This document shows, piece by piece, positions 49,610 through 60,202 of a stretch of DNA of 64,000 bases. Each line of letters opens with the position of its first letter. Within the stretch, counting starts at the first letter, position 1. Where the stretch lies: NCBI RefSeq assembly GCF_036916855.1, contig NZ_JBALFE010000029.1, one strand, 5' to 3'. Origin of the DNA: Nostoc sp. (GTDB lineage: Bacteria > Cyanobacteriota > Cyanobacteriia > Cyanobacteriales > Nostocaceae). The notes under the pieces were generated by a model that saw only the letters and a program-made list of their open reading frames with translations, searched no databases and was not told where the DNA came from. The position numbers and the translations under genes were made by a program.

Positions 49610-51457
49610 TCAATTGGTAGTAGTGGGTTGCACAAATCGCTTAATTTCACCACAGGCAATATAAGACTTGCCATCAGGTGCGGTTTTGACTTCATCAACG
49701 ACGTAAAGCATTCCTTCCTCGCGCACCGATCGCGGAAAACGCATGTTCCAATCTGGTTCATATCCGTCGGAAACTACTCTAGCACGCAGCTTGCTGCCAT
49801 CTTTGACACACTGAACTAAAATGCTGTCTCCTACACTGTCAGTTGTGGGAAGATCGGCAGCACTGGCAGGGCCTTTGGAAGCTTTGCCTGTGTTAGTTAC
49901 ATACGATTGTCTAGGGGCAACAAAGATATCTGCTTCACCGGGTTGAGCAAAACGGGTGATATTACCACGTACACGGTAGAAAGTGGCATCGCTTGAGAGT
50001 TCCAGCCCTTCAACAACATAGCGTGCTCCCTCGGCACGAATGGCGCGGGGAAACTGGACATTCTTAGCTGAATCGTAGCCTTCAGACATGACTTTGACCC
50101 GCAGTTTACCCCCTTCACGAACGCAGGACAATTCAATACCTGAACCGACTTCATTGACAATCGGCATCGCGTACACTTCATCGCCAGTAGTGACACCGCG
50201 ACCCACCAGATCGCTGCGATTGCGCGTCATTGTCTGGTAAGTCTGATCCCGCATTTCTTTACGTCCGGCATTGCCTAGAGCTTTTTGAGCAATCCGACCT
50301 GCAAAATACTCAAGCTGATCGATCTCTTCAGCAATTTCAAAATTCTCATTCAACCCTCTATCCCGCAAATCTTTCACAAGCGCACGGAGGATTTCTTCAG
50401 CTTCTTGATGCCTGCCATGTTCAGCTAGATCGAGAGCAGTCTCTTTGGCCTTAGCGATGGTGAGGCGGCTCAGTTCAAGAATGATATGACTCGTAGAGGC
50501 AAAAGCTGCTTCTTCAACAGTGCCAACTTTGGCGACGACATCTACTGTGCCTGACACGCTTTGAATCAGGTCATCTTGCACAACATCGGCGCTGTAATGC
50601 AGTTTCATCACAGGTAAATTACCAACTTGAGCGCTTGATATCACCAAACTCAAGCCGAGAAGTTTGTCTTCGCCCTCGTAAAGCTCTCCCAAGGTGAGGA
50701 CAGCTTTACCAGCGTCATTCTGGCTAACTTTAGCAAGACTTAAGGTATCAACAAGGCTGACACCATCAGCCAATTCCAGTGTCACCTTGAGGTTCTGTCC
50801 CACTACTGCTCTGAGACTATCTAGCTCAATATTAAACACTTCAGTTGCTTCATCGATGCTCTGAATAAAGTAGAAGTTGCCTGTGGCCGCTCTTGCCATA
50901 CCAATCAGCAGGTCTTCATTGAAACCCTGAGCAAAACCTAACGTAGTTGTGGTAATGCCTTCCTCAGCTTTTTGCCCCGATGTCGCCGTGAGTACCTTGG
51001 GGTCTTGAATGCCCATATTGGCGTGACCATCGGTAAGCAGAAGAACACGGTTGATTTTTTGCGGATCAAGTCGCGTCTTCACATGTTCACAGCCTTTGAG
51101 CCATCCCCCCGATAAGTTGGTAATACCACCTGCTCTAACCTTGCGGATAGAATTTTTCAGTGCAGGCTTGTTAGTCACAGCTTGGGGTGGCACAACGCTG
51201 TCCACTTCATCGTCGTAAACAACTACTGAGAGAATGTCATCTGGCTCAAGTTGATCCACTACCGACTCAGCGGCTTTGAGTGCATGATGCAAGGGAGCGC
51301 CTGCCATAGAGCCTGAACGGTCAATTACAAGAGAAAGGTTAAGGTTACGTCGAGGAGATTCAGCTATGTCAGCACGAAAACGTAGCAGAATATTAGTCTT
51401 TAATGAAGATCCTGCGGGAAGGATAGACTGGTCAAATTCGTAACTTGTCTTAATCAT
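49610..51457 (-). CDS. Cytoplasmic von Willebrand factor A (vWA) domain protein with a duplicated C-terminal domain
   Basis: 615 aa with no signal peptide. MIDAS motif DRSGSM...T...LLTDGHAN. A beta-rich middle and a helical segment follow. Two ~65-aa C-terminal repeats are present (ELSCVREGGKLRVKVMSEGYD..NVQFPRAIRAEGARYVV and LVQCVKDGSKLRARVVSDGYE..NMRFPRSVREEGMLYVV). Confidence 0.85.
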   Translation of the reverse strand: MIKTSYEFDQSILPAGSSLKTNILLRFRADIAESPRRNLNLSLVIDRSGSMAGAPLHHALKAAESVVDQLEPDDILSVVVYDDEVDSVVPPQAVTNKPALKNSIRKVRAGGITNLSGGWLKGCEHVKTRLDPQKINRVLLLTDGHANMGIQDPKVLTATSGQKAEEGITTTTLGFAQGFNEDLLIGMARAATGNFYFIQSIDEATEVFNIELDSLRAVVGQNLKVTLELADGVSLVDTLSLAKVSQNDAGKAVLTLGELYEGEDKLLGLSLVISSAQVGNLPVMKLHYSADVVQDDLIQSVSGTVDVVAKVGTVEEAAFASTSHIILELSRLTIAKAKETALDLAEHGRHQEAEEILRALVKDLRDRGLNENFEIAEEIDQLEYFAGRIAQKALGNAGRKEMRDQTYQTMTRNRSDLVGRGVTTGDEVYAMPIVNEVGSGIELSCVREGGKLRVKVMSEGYDSAKNVQFPRAIRAEGARYVVEGLELSSDATFYRVRGNITRFAQPGEADIFVAPRQSYVTNTGKASKGPASAADLPTTDSVGDSILVQCVKDGSKLRARVVSDGYEPDWNMRFPRSVREEGMLYVVDEVKTAPDGKSYIACGEIKRFVQPTTTN

Positions 51458-51858
51458 TTTTTGTATCCCTTAAAATTGTCTGTTATAAGCTACAAGCCCT
51501 ACGATGTCAGGATAGGAAGTGCTCTCTTTAGTTTACCCAAAAATCATTTTATTCAGTGTCAAGCTGCAAGTTAATGTAATATTTGTAGCTATTAGTTCTC
51601 CCCAGCGTAGGCATAGCCTGCACTTCTCTACGAGACGCTACGCGTAGCTTGCTTCCACGTTCGCATAGCGTGCCGTAGGCAAGTGGTACGGCATCTTTGC
51701 TCACCAGCCGCTCAGTGAGCATCGTAGATATCGCTCTTTCGGGAAAAGTTTCCGATCTAATGACTTTATCCTTCTCCACTCTCCCAGTACTGAAAGGCGA
51801 TCGCAATGGTCACAATTGCGGGAAACTGAAAGCAGATTAATTAGGAGAGGAGAACCTA

Positions 51859-52218
51859 ATGAGCTGGACTAAAGTTCTTGCAGTCGAAGCACTTTCCCCA
51901 GGTACGCGACAAGTGGTAAAAGTTGGTAACCGGAAAATTCTGGTTTTGAATCACGAAAATCAGCTTTATGCTGTAGATAACACCTGTCCTCACTTAAAAT
52001 TACCGCTGAAAAGTGGGAAAATCACTGAAAGTGGGGCAATAGTTTGTACCTTCCATCGCAGTGCTTTTGACCTGCGGACTGGTGAGGTAAAAGACTGGTG
52101 TTCTTGGCCACCTGGTGTAGGTAAAGTACTCTCGTTGGTTTCACAACAAAAAGCATTGCCAGTGTTTCCGATTCGTGTGGAAGAAGGCAGTATCTGGGTT
52201 GATGTGCAAGAGGAATAG
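51859..52218 (+). CDS. Rieske [2Fe-2S] domain ferredoxin-like protein
   Basis: 119 aa. CPHLKLPL and CTFHRSAF boxes. A strong aggagaggag Shine-Dalgarno sequence is present. Confidence 0.85.
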   Translation: MSWTKVLAVEALSPGTRQVVKVGNRKILVLNHENQLYAVDNTCPHLKLPLKSGKITESGAIVCTFHRSAFDLRTGEVKDWCSWPPGVGKVLSLVSQQKALPVFPIRVEEGSIWVDVQEE

Positions 52219-52265
52219 TACCCTCTCCCTGAATTTACCGAAACGGTGCTGAGTAAAAAACAATA

Positions 52266-52300
52266 AAAACCCCAGCCGATGAGTTTAGCTGGGGTTTCTA
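52266..52300. terminator. Bidirectional terminator between the Rieske gene and hsp20
   Basis: aaaaccccagc-(11 nt)-gctggggtttc, flanked by an A-run on one side and a T-run on the other. Confidence 0.65.
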
Positions 52301-52358
52301 TCACAATTTATCTCTTTCAGAGATTAGGAACTATACATTGAGAGAATAAAACATTTTC

Positions 52359-52901
52359 TCAACCAGTTTGAACGCTTTGTTGTGATGTAATGTTGGGTTG
52401 GGTGTTACCATTGCCAGCTTCTATAGAAGCTGTAGCACTTTCAGATTGACCTAAATTAACTTTGAATACCTTGTTTTGCTCTTGCTCCAGTTTGGGTAAA
52501 GTCAAAATTAAAATCCCATCTTTTAGGTCTGCCTTAACTTGTTGATTCTGAACTTTGCTTGGCAGAGGAACTACTCTAGCGAAGCTGCCATACCGGAATT
52601 CAGAATGAACTTTAGCATTAGATTGGGAATGTTTTTCGTAACGATGCTCACCAGTAATCGAAACGGCATCTTGAGTGACTTGAACATCCAAGTCTTTAGC
52701 TTCCACGCCTGGAATCTCAACTCTTAATAGCAACTCTGAACCATTGTCATGTAATTCAACCGCAGGAACCCACGTTGTTCTCGGTGATGCAGATATCTCA
52801 GAGTTACCGCGCTCGGCTGCTGTAAGCTCAGAGAAAAGTTGATCCATTTGACGACGCAGAATTTCCATTTCACGGAATGGTTCCCAACGAATGAGTGCCA
52901 T
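52359..52901 (-). CDS. Small heat-shock protein (Hsp20/alpha-crystallin family)
   Basis: 180 aa. WEPFREM N-terminus, alpha-crystallin core (PAVELHDNGSELLLRVEIPG...DGILILTLPK), and a Q/S/T-rich tail. Confidence 0.9.
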   Translation of the reverse strand: MALIRWEPFREMEILRRQMDQLFSELTAAERGNSEISASPRTTWVPAVELHDNGSELLLRVEIPGVEAKDLDVQVTQDAVSITGEHRYEKHSQSNAKVHSEFRYGSFARVVPLPSKVQNQQVKADLKDGILILTLPKLEQEQNKVFKVNLGQSESATASIEAGNGNTQPNITSQQSVQTG

Positions 52902-53520
52902 ATCTCAATCTCTCCTTAACTTTCTAATTCACGTTTGGGTAATCAAACAAAGTTTTAGAGGTATTTAGAGGTTTCAGATATTAAAGCAATTATCGAACCT
53001 CTAGCTTTTTAGAGAGAAAGTTTATTTGCTTTCTTTATTTGCTTTGTTTCTTCTCTCTAATAAGTAATTTAATAAAATAAAAATCTAAAAACAGTTGGGT
53101 AAACCGTACAGACAGAAGTTGCATTTACCGTATAAAAATGTAGGGAATAGCGTCGGAGCTTGTCCAGAGTTGTTAGAGGAATTCTATAAAAAACGGTGTT
53201 GCAGAATAGTGGGATGAATTAGAGCAAGCAGGGGAGGCAGAGGGGCAGGGGGATTTTCAGAAGGGGGATTGAACCCCACCTGAATATTGCTACTGAAGAA
53301 TTCAGTGGGGGACTGTGACCCCTGCTCCACTTCGTTCCGCTGCAAGGGAAGTAGGAGACAGTTTTCTCTTGCCCCTGCCTCTTTTTGGAGCGATCGCATC
53401 TATTCATGTTTTCAAAAAGCGTAGACGCTTCCTCGACTTATTGCAGATATGGTCCCCTTGCTCATCCCAAGCAGCATCAGAAGTGCCAAAAGTCATTCAG
53501 TATGCCAAAAAATTCCCCTC

Positions 53521-53781
53521 TTAACCTTGGGGGCGATCGCAATGATAAGGATAAAGCCACTCACACTTGAAAAGTCCGTGGGTATGTTTTTCAAAAAAGG
53601 TTCCAGCATGACGTCCAGGTGATATGTCGATCCCAGCCTTGGTTTTAATTTCGTACAGCCAAGGAAAGGTTACTACTAAAACAGTAATGACACCGAAGAT
53701 GGAGAAAATCGTGGTTCTAATTTTGGGCAATCTTCGGGAATTGCTGTTGTGGTTCTGAGGCATACGTAGTACAGGTGACAA
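53521..53781 (-). CDS. Possible small single-pass membrane protein
   Basis: 86 aa with one TM helix (IFSIFGVITVLVVTFPWLY). There is no overlap with better ORFs, but I have no supporting homology. Confidence 0.35.
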   Translation of the reverse strand: MSPVLRMPQNHNSNSRRLPKIRTTIFSIFGVITVLVVTFPWLYEIKTKAGIDISPGRHAGTFFEKHTHGLFKCEWLYPYHCDRPQG

Positions 53782-54021
53782 ACTAAGAATCTATCTTAGC
53801 CTAAAGCTAAAAATGTCGTCCGAGGCGGGGATCAATATTGTCTGTTTTCTGATAAAATCTTCACCCAGATATAGGAGAAGCTTGTTTTGGTTTTAGCTAA
53901 AGATGGGGAATCGTGGGGGTGAACAGTTAAAATACGGTAAGCCTTCCAAATAACCGTTGATTAATCCAACACAACGCAGAAATAGTATATTACTTGCTTA
54001 TATAATTGGAAACTCGAATAA

Positions 54022-55332
<1,311 letters not shown>

Positions 55333-55342
55333 TTCTTGAAAA

Positions 55343-55450
55343 GAGGCAGAGGGGCAGGGAGCAGGGGGCAGAGGGGAAAACTCTTCTCCCTTGCTCCCTG
55401 CTCCCTGCTCCCCTGCTTTTTCCCCACTCCCACTCCCACTCCCACTCCCA
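55343..55450. repeat. Purine-arm / pyrimidine-arm heptamer palindrome plus (CCCACT)n
   Basis: gaggcagaggggcagggagcagggggcagaggggaaaa faces ttctcccttgctccctgctccctgctcccctgc, followed by cccactcccactcccactcccactccc. Confidence 0.85.
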
Positions 55451-55453
55451 AAT

Positions 55454-56533
55454 ATGATCTACTCAGACTTCATCTCACCGCAAACCCAGTTTTACCAGCT
55501 TACAGTGCCATTTAAACTTGAAGGGGGCGAAACATTAACTGGGGTTCAGGTTGCTTATCGCACCTGGGGACAGTTAAATGCTCAAGGCGATAATGTTGTA
55601 CTAATTTGTCATGCCTTAACTGGTTCGGCTGACGCTGATGATTGGTGGGAGCCTTTGTTTGGTTCAGGAAAAGCCTTCAACCCAGAAGGCGATTTTATTG
55701 TGTGCAGCAACATCTTGGGAAGTTGTTACGGTACAACCGGGCCAACTAGTATCAATCCCATAACGGGAAAGCCTTATGGTGTATCCTTCCCTGAGATTAC
55801 AATCCGAGATATGGTTCGCCTGCAAGCTGCACTACTAAAATATTTGGGTGTTCAATCTCTGCGTTTAGTAATTGGTGGCTCACTCGGTGGGATGCAAGCA
55901 ATTGAGTGGGCATTATTATATCCAGAAAAGGCGAAAGCGATCGCACCCATTGCTGTTTCTGGTAGACATTCAGCATGGTGTATTGGATTAAGTGAAGCCC
56001 AAAGACAGGCAATTTACGCCGATTTAAACTGGGAAGGAGGGAACTATACCCTGGATGCGCCCCCAAATCAAGGACTAGCAGTGGCACGGATGATGGCGAT
56101 GTCTACTTACCGTTCTTGGGATAGTTTTACAATCCGCTTTGGGCGGGAGTATGATGCATCTGAGCAGTTTGCTATAGCGAGTTACTTACAGCATCAGGGT
56201 CAAAAGCTAACAGAACGATTTGATGCCAACACTTACATTACCCTCACCCATGTAATGGATCGCCACGATATTGCACGCGATCGCACAGTCCCTAATTTAT
56301 CAGATTATGAATCTGTTCTGCGAAGCATCCAGCAACCGACTTTAGTTGTCGCAATTGATTCTGATATCCTCTATCCTCCAGTAGAACAACAAGAATTAGC
56401 AAATTTAATCCCTAATGCTCAACTGGCGTGGCTGAAGTCAACCCACGGACATGATGCATTTTTAATTGACATGGATGCATTGAATGAAATACTAATCTCT
56501 TTTCAGCAAAGTTTAGATTTATCAGCCTCTTAA
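55454..56533 (+). CDS. metX: Homoserine O-acetyltransferase
   Basis: 359 aa from MIYSDFISPQTQFY. Nucleophile elbow is GGSLGGMQA. The 21 upstream track codons are repeat-encoded (PLPLPLPLP). Confidence 0.92.
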   Translation: MIYSDFISPQTQFYQLTVPFKLEGGETLTGVQVAYRTWGQLNAQGDNVVLICHALTGSADADDWWEPLFGSGKAFNPEGDFIVCSNILGSCYGTTGPTSINPITGKPYGVSFPEITIRDMVRLQAALLKYLGVQSLRLVIGGSLGGMQAIEWALLYPEKAKAIAPIAVSGRHSAWCIGLSEAQRQAIYADLNWEGGNYTLDAPPNQGLAVARMMAMSTYRSWDSFTIRFGREYDASEQFAIASYLQHQGQKLTERFDANTYITLTHVMDRHDIARDRTVPNLSDYESVLRSIQQPTLVVAIDSDILYPPVEQQELANLIPNAQLAWLKSTHGHDAFLIDMDALNEILISFQQSLDLSAS

Positions 56534-56784
56534 CTCGGTGGATTGAGATAAAAGCTTGGTGTTTCGAGTTCTGAGCACGAAGTTCCGAGATAAAAGCTCG
56601 GCCTTCCGAGTTCTGAGCACGAAGTTCCGAGATAAAAGCTCGGCCTTCCGAGTTCTGAGCATGAACTTCCGAGATAAAAGCTCGGCCTTCCGAGTTCTGA
56701 GCACGAAGTTCCGAGATAAAAGCTCGGACTTCGAGTTCTGAGCATGAACTTCCGAGATAAAAGCTCGGCCTTTCGAGTTCTGAG
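56534..56784. repeat. 42-bp tandem array, five full copies plus two partial copies
   Basis: The unit is ccgagttctgagcacgaagttccgagataaaagctcggcctt. Copies start at 56564, 56606, 56648, 56690 and 56731. Each unit holds a ccgag-ataaaag-ctcgg hairpin. The array begins at the metX stop codon. Confidence 0.92.
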
Positions 56785-56967
56785 GTGGAATGATGAAGTT
56801 GAAAAGGCGATGTCTGACGATAACCAGCCCCGCGTCTACGTTTTTGGGGTGAGTGGTGCATAGCTTGCCGCCGTAGGCATCGCTCCTAAAAAAGCCCGTT
56901 AAGTATACACCCTTGACCAGCACCGTAGATTATACTTAAGTAATTCAACTTGTATCTCAGCCTCTAA

Positions 56968-59496
56968 ATGAACAGAGAACAACAGCGTCGATTAGAGGAA
57001 AAACGAGACCAACTTCAACAAGAGTGGGATCTCCAGCATGAGAAAGTGAACCTGATACGGCATGACTTAAGTATTGAGACTGATACGGCGGTAAAGTTTA
57101 AATTAAAACATCAGCTTCCAAAAGAAGAGGCTAAACTGGCGCGTCTTGGTAATGAACTCGATAAAATTGAAGCTGAAGTGCGATCGCCTCTACAGACAAA
57201 AACAACAACTGAAAAACGGTTGGTGGGAAATCAAGCAATCCCAGAAGTACCTGTGTGGCAAGGGCGAGATGAACTCCTTGAAGAGTTGCAAACCAAATTA
57301 CTGCAACCAGAAAATCCGCTTAAGGTATTGGCACTCATTGGACAAGGGGGTATTGGCAAAACCAGTTTAGCCGTAAAACTTTTAGAAGCACTGGGCGTTA
57401 ATTGTGGAAGATCCGCCCTAACTCCTGTTGAAAAAGGGGCGAATGTAGAAGAGTGTCCTTATGAGTGCGTAATGTATTTCAAAGCGCAGGAGGGGACAAG
57501 TTTTGATGATGTGGCAAAATTTTTATTAATTAATGGTTTGGGTATTCAAACAGCAGACACGTTGAAAACTGCTGATGACAAGATAGCCCAAATTATTGAA
57601 GGGTTGGCGCAAACACGCACTCTTGTAGTGCTGGATAACCTAGAAAGTATTTTACAGCCTGCCAACCATCCGCAAGCAGGACGGGCAATTTCAGAGGATT
57701 GGGGTAAACTGTTAAATGCTTTAGTTTATCACCAGCATCAATCTCAAACTCTATTAACCAGTCGGGAAGTGCCAGCAGATTTAGCTGATATTCGCTATGA
57801 AGGTGCGGAACCAGATTCAGAATTGGTGTCTATCGAGAGAATTTTTGGAGTGGCGACAGTCGCGGGAGTTGAGATTTTGCGACAGCGCCAACTGAAAGAT
57901 AGTGTACCAGATTTGCGGTGGGTATCTGAGCGTGTTGAGGGACACGTTTTTTTGTTAACCCAACTGGCGGCTATTGGTAAGGGTAAGCCTGGGTATCTGC
58001 GAAAGCATCAAGAATTGGTGACGAAAAAGGCTGAACCCATTCTCAGAGAACAACTGGCAAGGCAAAGTGAAGCAGCACGAGATTTACTCAGCCGGATGTG
58101 TGTGTTGCGGGTGGGGATAGATATCCGAGGTTTAACTTTCTTGCGGTTATATACAGATGATTGGGATATATATTTTTCACCTTTAATAGCAACAGATTTA
58201 CCAGACCCTGCTGAGTTAACAGATACTAAAATTATTAGTAAAACTAAAGAAATTGTAGAGTATTTAGTTAATAGCAGTTTAGTGCAAGAGCGTTATGATG
58301 AAAAAAAGTGTGAAATATTTTATGACTTGCATCTGGTGATTGTGGAGTTTCTCAAAGCAGAATTTAAAGATGAACTGCCCAATCTATTCAAAATTGTTTA
58401 TAAGTTCTATTATTCTGGCAAGGATATTGAAAATCCTAAAATTTTAGAAGACCTGCATCCAGCACTGGAAGCTCAATATTTTGCTTTTCAGTTAAGTAGA
58501 TATGATGAATCATTAGAATTGATAATCGATCCATTGAGTAAATACCTCAGACGGTGGGGATACTGGTCTTTAATAATAAAGCTATATGAGGAAATATTAC
58601 CGTATAGCAATGATTTTCATAAGTCTTTGATTTGTTTAGAGATTGGATATGCATATTTTAAATATGGTAATTTAAAAATTGCAGAAAGATATTTTAAAGA
58701 AGTTTTATGTATTGAATCAAATCGAGGAAATAATGAATATACAGCTAATTGTTTCTATTTAATAGGCAATATTAAATTTCATATAGGTAGTTATGATGAA
58801 GCATATGATATGTATCAAAAAAGTTTACAACTATGGGAAGAATTAGATTCTAAACTTAACAAAACAATTATTTGGAGTTCGCTAGGACATATTGAGAATA
58901 ATCGAGGTAATGTGGATGAAGCCGAAATATTATATAAGAAAGCCTTGCAGCTAAGACAATATCTGAAAAGTGATGAGGGCATAGCAATTTCTCTGACTTC
59001 CTTAGGAGATATTGAATTGAATAGAGGACATTTAAAGGAAGCTAAAAATTTTTATCAACAAGCTTTAGAAATTCATATACAATTAAGCTCACGTCCTCGT
59101 ATAGCACATTTATATTGTTCATTAGGATACATTGAACGCAAACATAGTAAATGGAATGAAGCTAAAAGTTTCTATCGGCAATCTTTGAAATTGTGGAGAG
59201 AACTAGGCGATAATTCGGGTATAGCGATATCAATTGGTTGTCTAGGAACAAATGAACTCGGAAGAGGCAATTTAAAGGCAGCAGAAAAGCTTTTAAAATA
59301 TGCTTTAGTAAAGATGCACGAATTAGGAATTACTGGACATATTGCCAAAACTAATTACTCTCTAGCACACCTTGAGCGTAAGCGCAGCAATACAGAACTT
59401 TCCCAACAGCATTACAACACAGCACATCAAATATTTCAGCAATTGGGTGCGGCGAAGGATTTGGAAAGAATCGAGCGCGAGTGGGAGCTAGATTAA
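56968..59496 (+). CDS. STAND NTPase with coiled-coil N-terminus, NB-ARC-like P-loop domain and C-terminal TPR repeats
   Basis: 842 aa. The N-terminal ~75 aa are charged heptads. Walker A is LIGQGGIGKTSLA (57340-57366), Walker B is LVVLDNLESIL, then LLTSRE. From about aa 500 there are roughly 8-9 TPR units (Y..LG.I....G....A...Y..AL). Confidence 0.88.
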   Translation: MNREQQRRLEEKRDQLQQEWDLQHEKVNLIRHDLSIETDTAVKFKLKHQLPKEEAKLARLGNELDKIEAEVRSPLQTKTTTEKRLVGNQAIPEVPVWQGRDELLEELQTKLLQPENPLKVLALIGQGGIGKTSLAVKLLEALGVNCGRSALTPVEKGANVEECPYECVMYFKAQEGTSFDDVAKFLLINGLGIQTADTLKTADDKIAQIIEGLAQTRTLVVLDNLESILQPANHPQAGRAISEDWGKLLNALVYHQHQSQTLLTSREVPADLADIRYEGAEPDSELVSIERIFGVATVAGVEILRQRQLKDSVPDLRWVSERVEGHVFLLTQLAAIGKGKPGYLRKHQELVTKKAEPILREQLARQSEAARDLLSRMCVLRVGIDIRGLTFLRLYTDDWDIYFSPLIATDLPDPAELTDTKIISKTKEIVEYLVNSSLVQERYDEKKCEIFYDLHLVIVEFLKAEFKDELPNLFKIVYKFYYSGKDIENPKILEDLHPALEAQYFAFQLSRYDESLELIIDPLSKYLRRWGYWSLIIKLYEEILPYSNDFHKSLICLEIGYAYFKYGNLKIAERYFKEVLCIESNRGNNEYTANCFYLIGNIKFHIGSYDEAYDMYQKSLQLWEELDSKLNKTIIWSSLGHIENNRGNVDEAEILYKKALQLRQYLKSDEGIAISLTSLGDIELNRGHLKEAKNFYQQALEIHIQLSSRPRIAHLYCSLGYIERKHSKWNEAKSFYRQSLKLWRELGDNSGIAISIGCLGTNELGRGNLKAAEKLLKYALVKMHELGITGHIAKTNYSLAHLERKRSNTELSQQHYNTAHQIFQQLGAAKDLERIEREWELD

Positions 59497-59575
59497 TCCT
59501 AATGATGAGCGAAAACAGATTAATTTCCATACTTGCCAATAATCCCAAAAGTGAATATTTGCAATTTTAGGAATA

Positions 59576-59603
59576 CGTAGGCGTAGCCCGTCGTAGACAT
59601 CGC
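59576..59603 (-). repeat. Dispersed ~30-nt repeat, copy 3
   Basis: cgtaggcgtagcccgtcgtagacatcgc, 80 nt after the STAND gene stop and abutting the 21-bp array. Confidence 0.85.
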
Positions 59604-59607
59604 TACA

Positions 59608-59838
59608 GGCTTGTGTTTTGAACGAATGGGCTTGTGTTCTGAACGAACAGCCTTGTTTTCTGAACGAATGGGCTTGTGTTCTGAACGAACGGCCTTGTGT
59701 TCTGAATGAACGGCCTTGTTTTCTGAACGAATGAGCTTGTGTTCTGAACGAACGGCCTTGTTTTCTGAACGAACGGCCTTGTGTTCTGAACGAATGGGCT
59801 TGTGTTCTGAACGAATGGGCTTGTGTTCTGAACCAATC
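59608..59838. repeat. 21-bp tandem array, 11 copies
   Basis: The unit is ggcttgtgttctgaacgaatg. Two variants are interspersed (aatgggcttgtgtt and aacggccttgt[gt]tt). The array is open in all frames, which explains the overlapping track ORFs. Confidence 0.93.
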
Positions 59839-60202
59839 GTTATGCACATAATAGCCAATTTGGGCAGTGCGTAAGTTCTATGTAAATATTTTTGTCCGAC
59901 TACTTACAATACGGTTCGGTTAAGGTTATTTGATCAAAATAATAGATTCCAAACACTCAATAAATCCCCGTCAAGACGAAGGACTGATCATTGTAGAGAC
60001 GGCGATTTATCGCGTCTCTTGCCTTAACCAAACAGTTTTGCGACTACTTAAAAGCCCAACATTCCAAGTTTTGAAGCTCAAGTGATGAGGTTCAGAGGTA
60101 CAACTATAAAGATACATATACTGCTACAAAAACAAATGTATAGCAGTGATTTATGATTCCCAAGATGTGTAACGCCAAGTACATTAGCACATCTGTGCCA
60201 AC

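Noticed and set aside
51549-51806. 85-aa ORF upstream of the vWA gene
   Set aside because: It is composed largely of dispersed-repeat sequence (cgtaggcatagcc..., ctctacgagacgctacgcgtagc...) also seen near 40100, 49450 and 62260-62420. It has no Shine-Dalgarno sequence and an implausible composition.
52902-52990. Possible RNA thermometer in the hsp20 5' UTR
   Set aside because: I could find only weak complementarity between cctct/ctcta stretches and the aaggagag Shine-Dalgarno sequence. Without folding energies or a mapped transcription start this is too speculative to report as a feature.
53184-53570. ORFs 53184..53399, 53219..53407, 53315..53524 and 53385..53570
   Set aside because: They are short and mutually overlapping on both strands, and they span the gcaggggaggcagaggggcaggggg repeat. 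None has a start context or recognisable motifs.
56534-56784. Possible CRISPR array (regularly spaced repeats with hairpin potential downstream of metX)
   Set aside because: The whole 42-bp unit repeats head-to-tail with only point differences, so there are no unique spacers. No cas genes or leader are nearby. I called it a tandem repeat.
56412-56923. Track ORFs 56412..56861, 56522..56923, 56530..56745 and 56556..56741
   Set aside because: All are read through the 42-bp tandem array in different frames and strands. They are mutually exclusive, repetitive and low-complexity, and one overlaps the metX 3' end.
59608-59838. Possible CRISPR array or a repeat-protein gene (track ORFs 59488..59847, 59520..59858 and 59603..59836 encode FRTQAHS-type heptapeptide repeats)
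   Set aside because: This is eleven contiguous 21-bp units without spacers. Because 21 is a multiple of 3, every frame stays open, so the three overlapping ORFs are artefacts. None has a convincing start or Shine-Dalgarno sequence.
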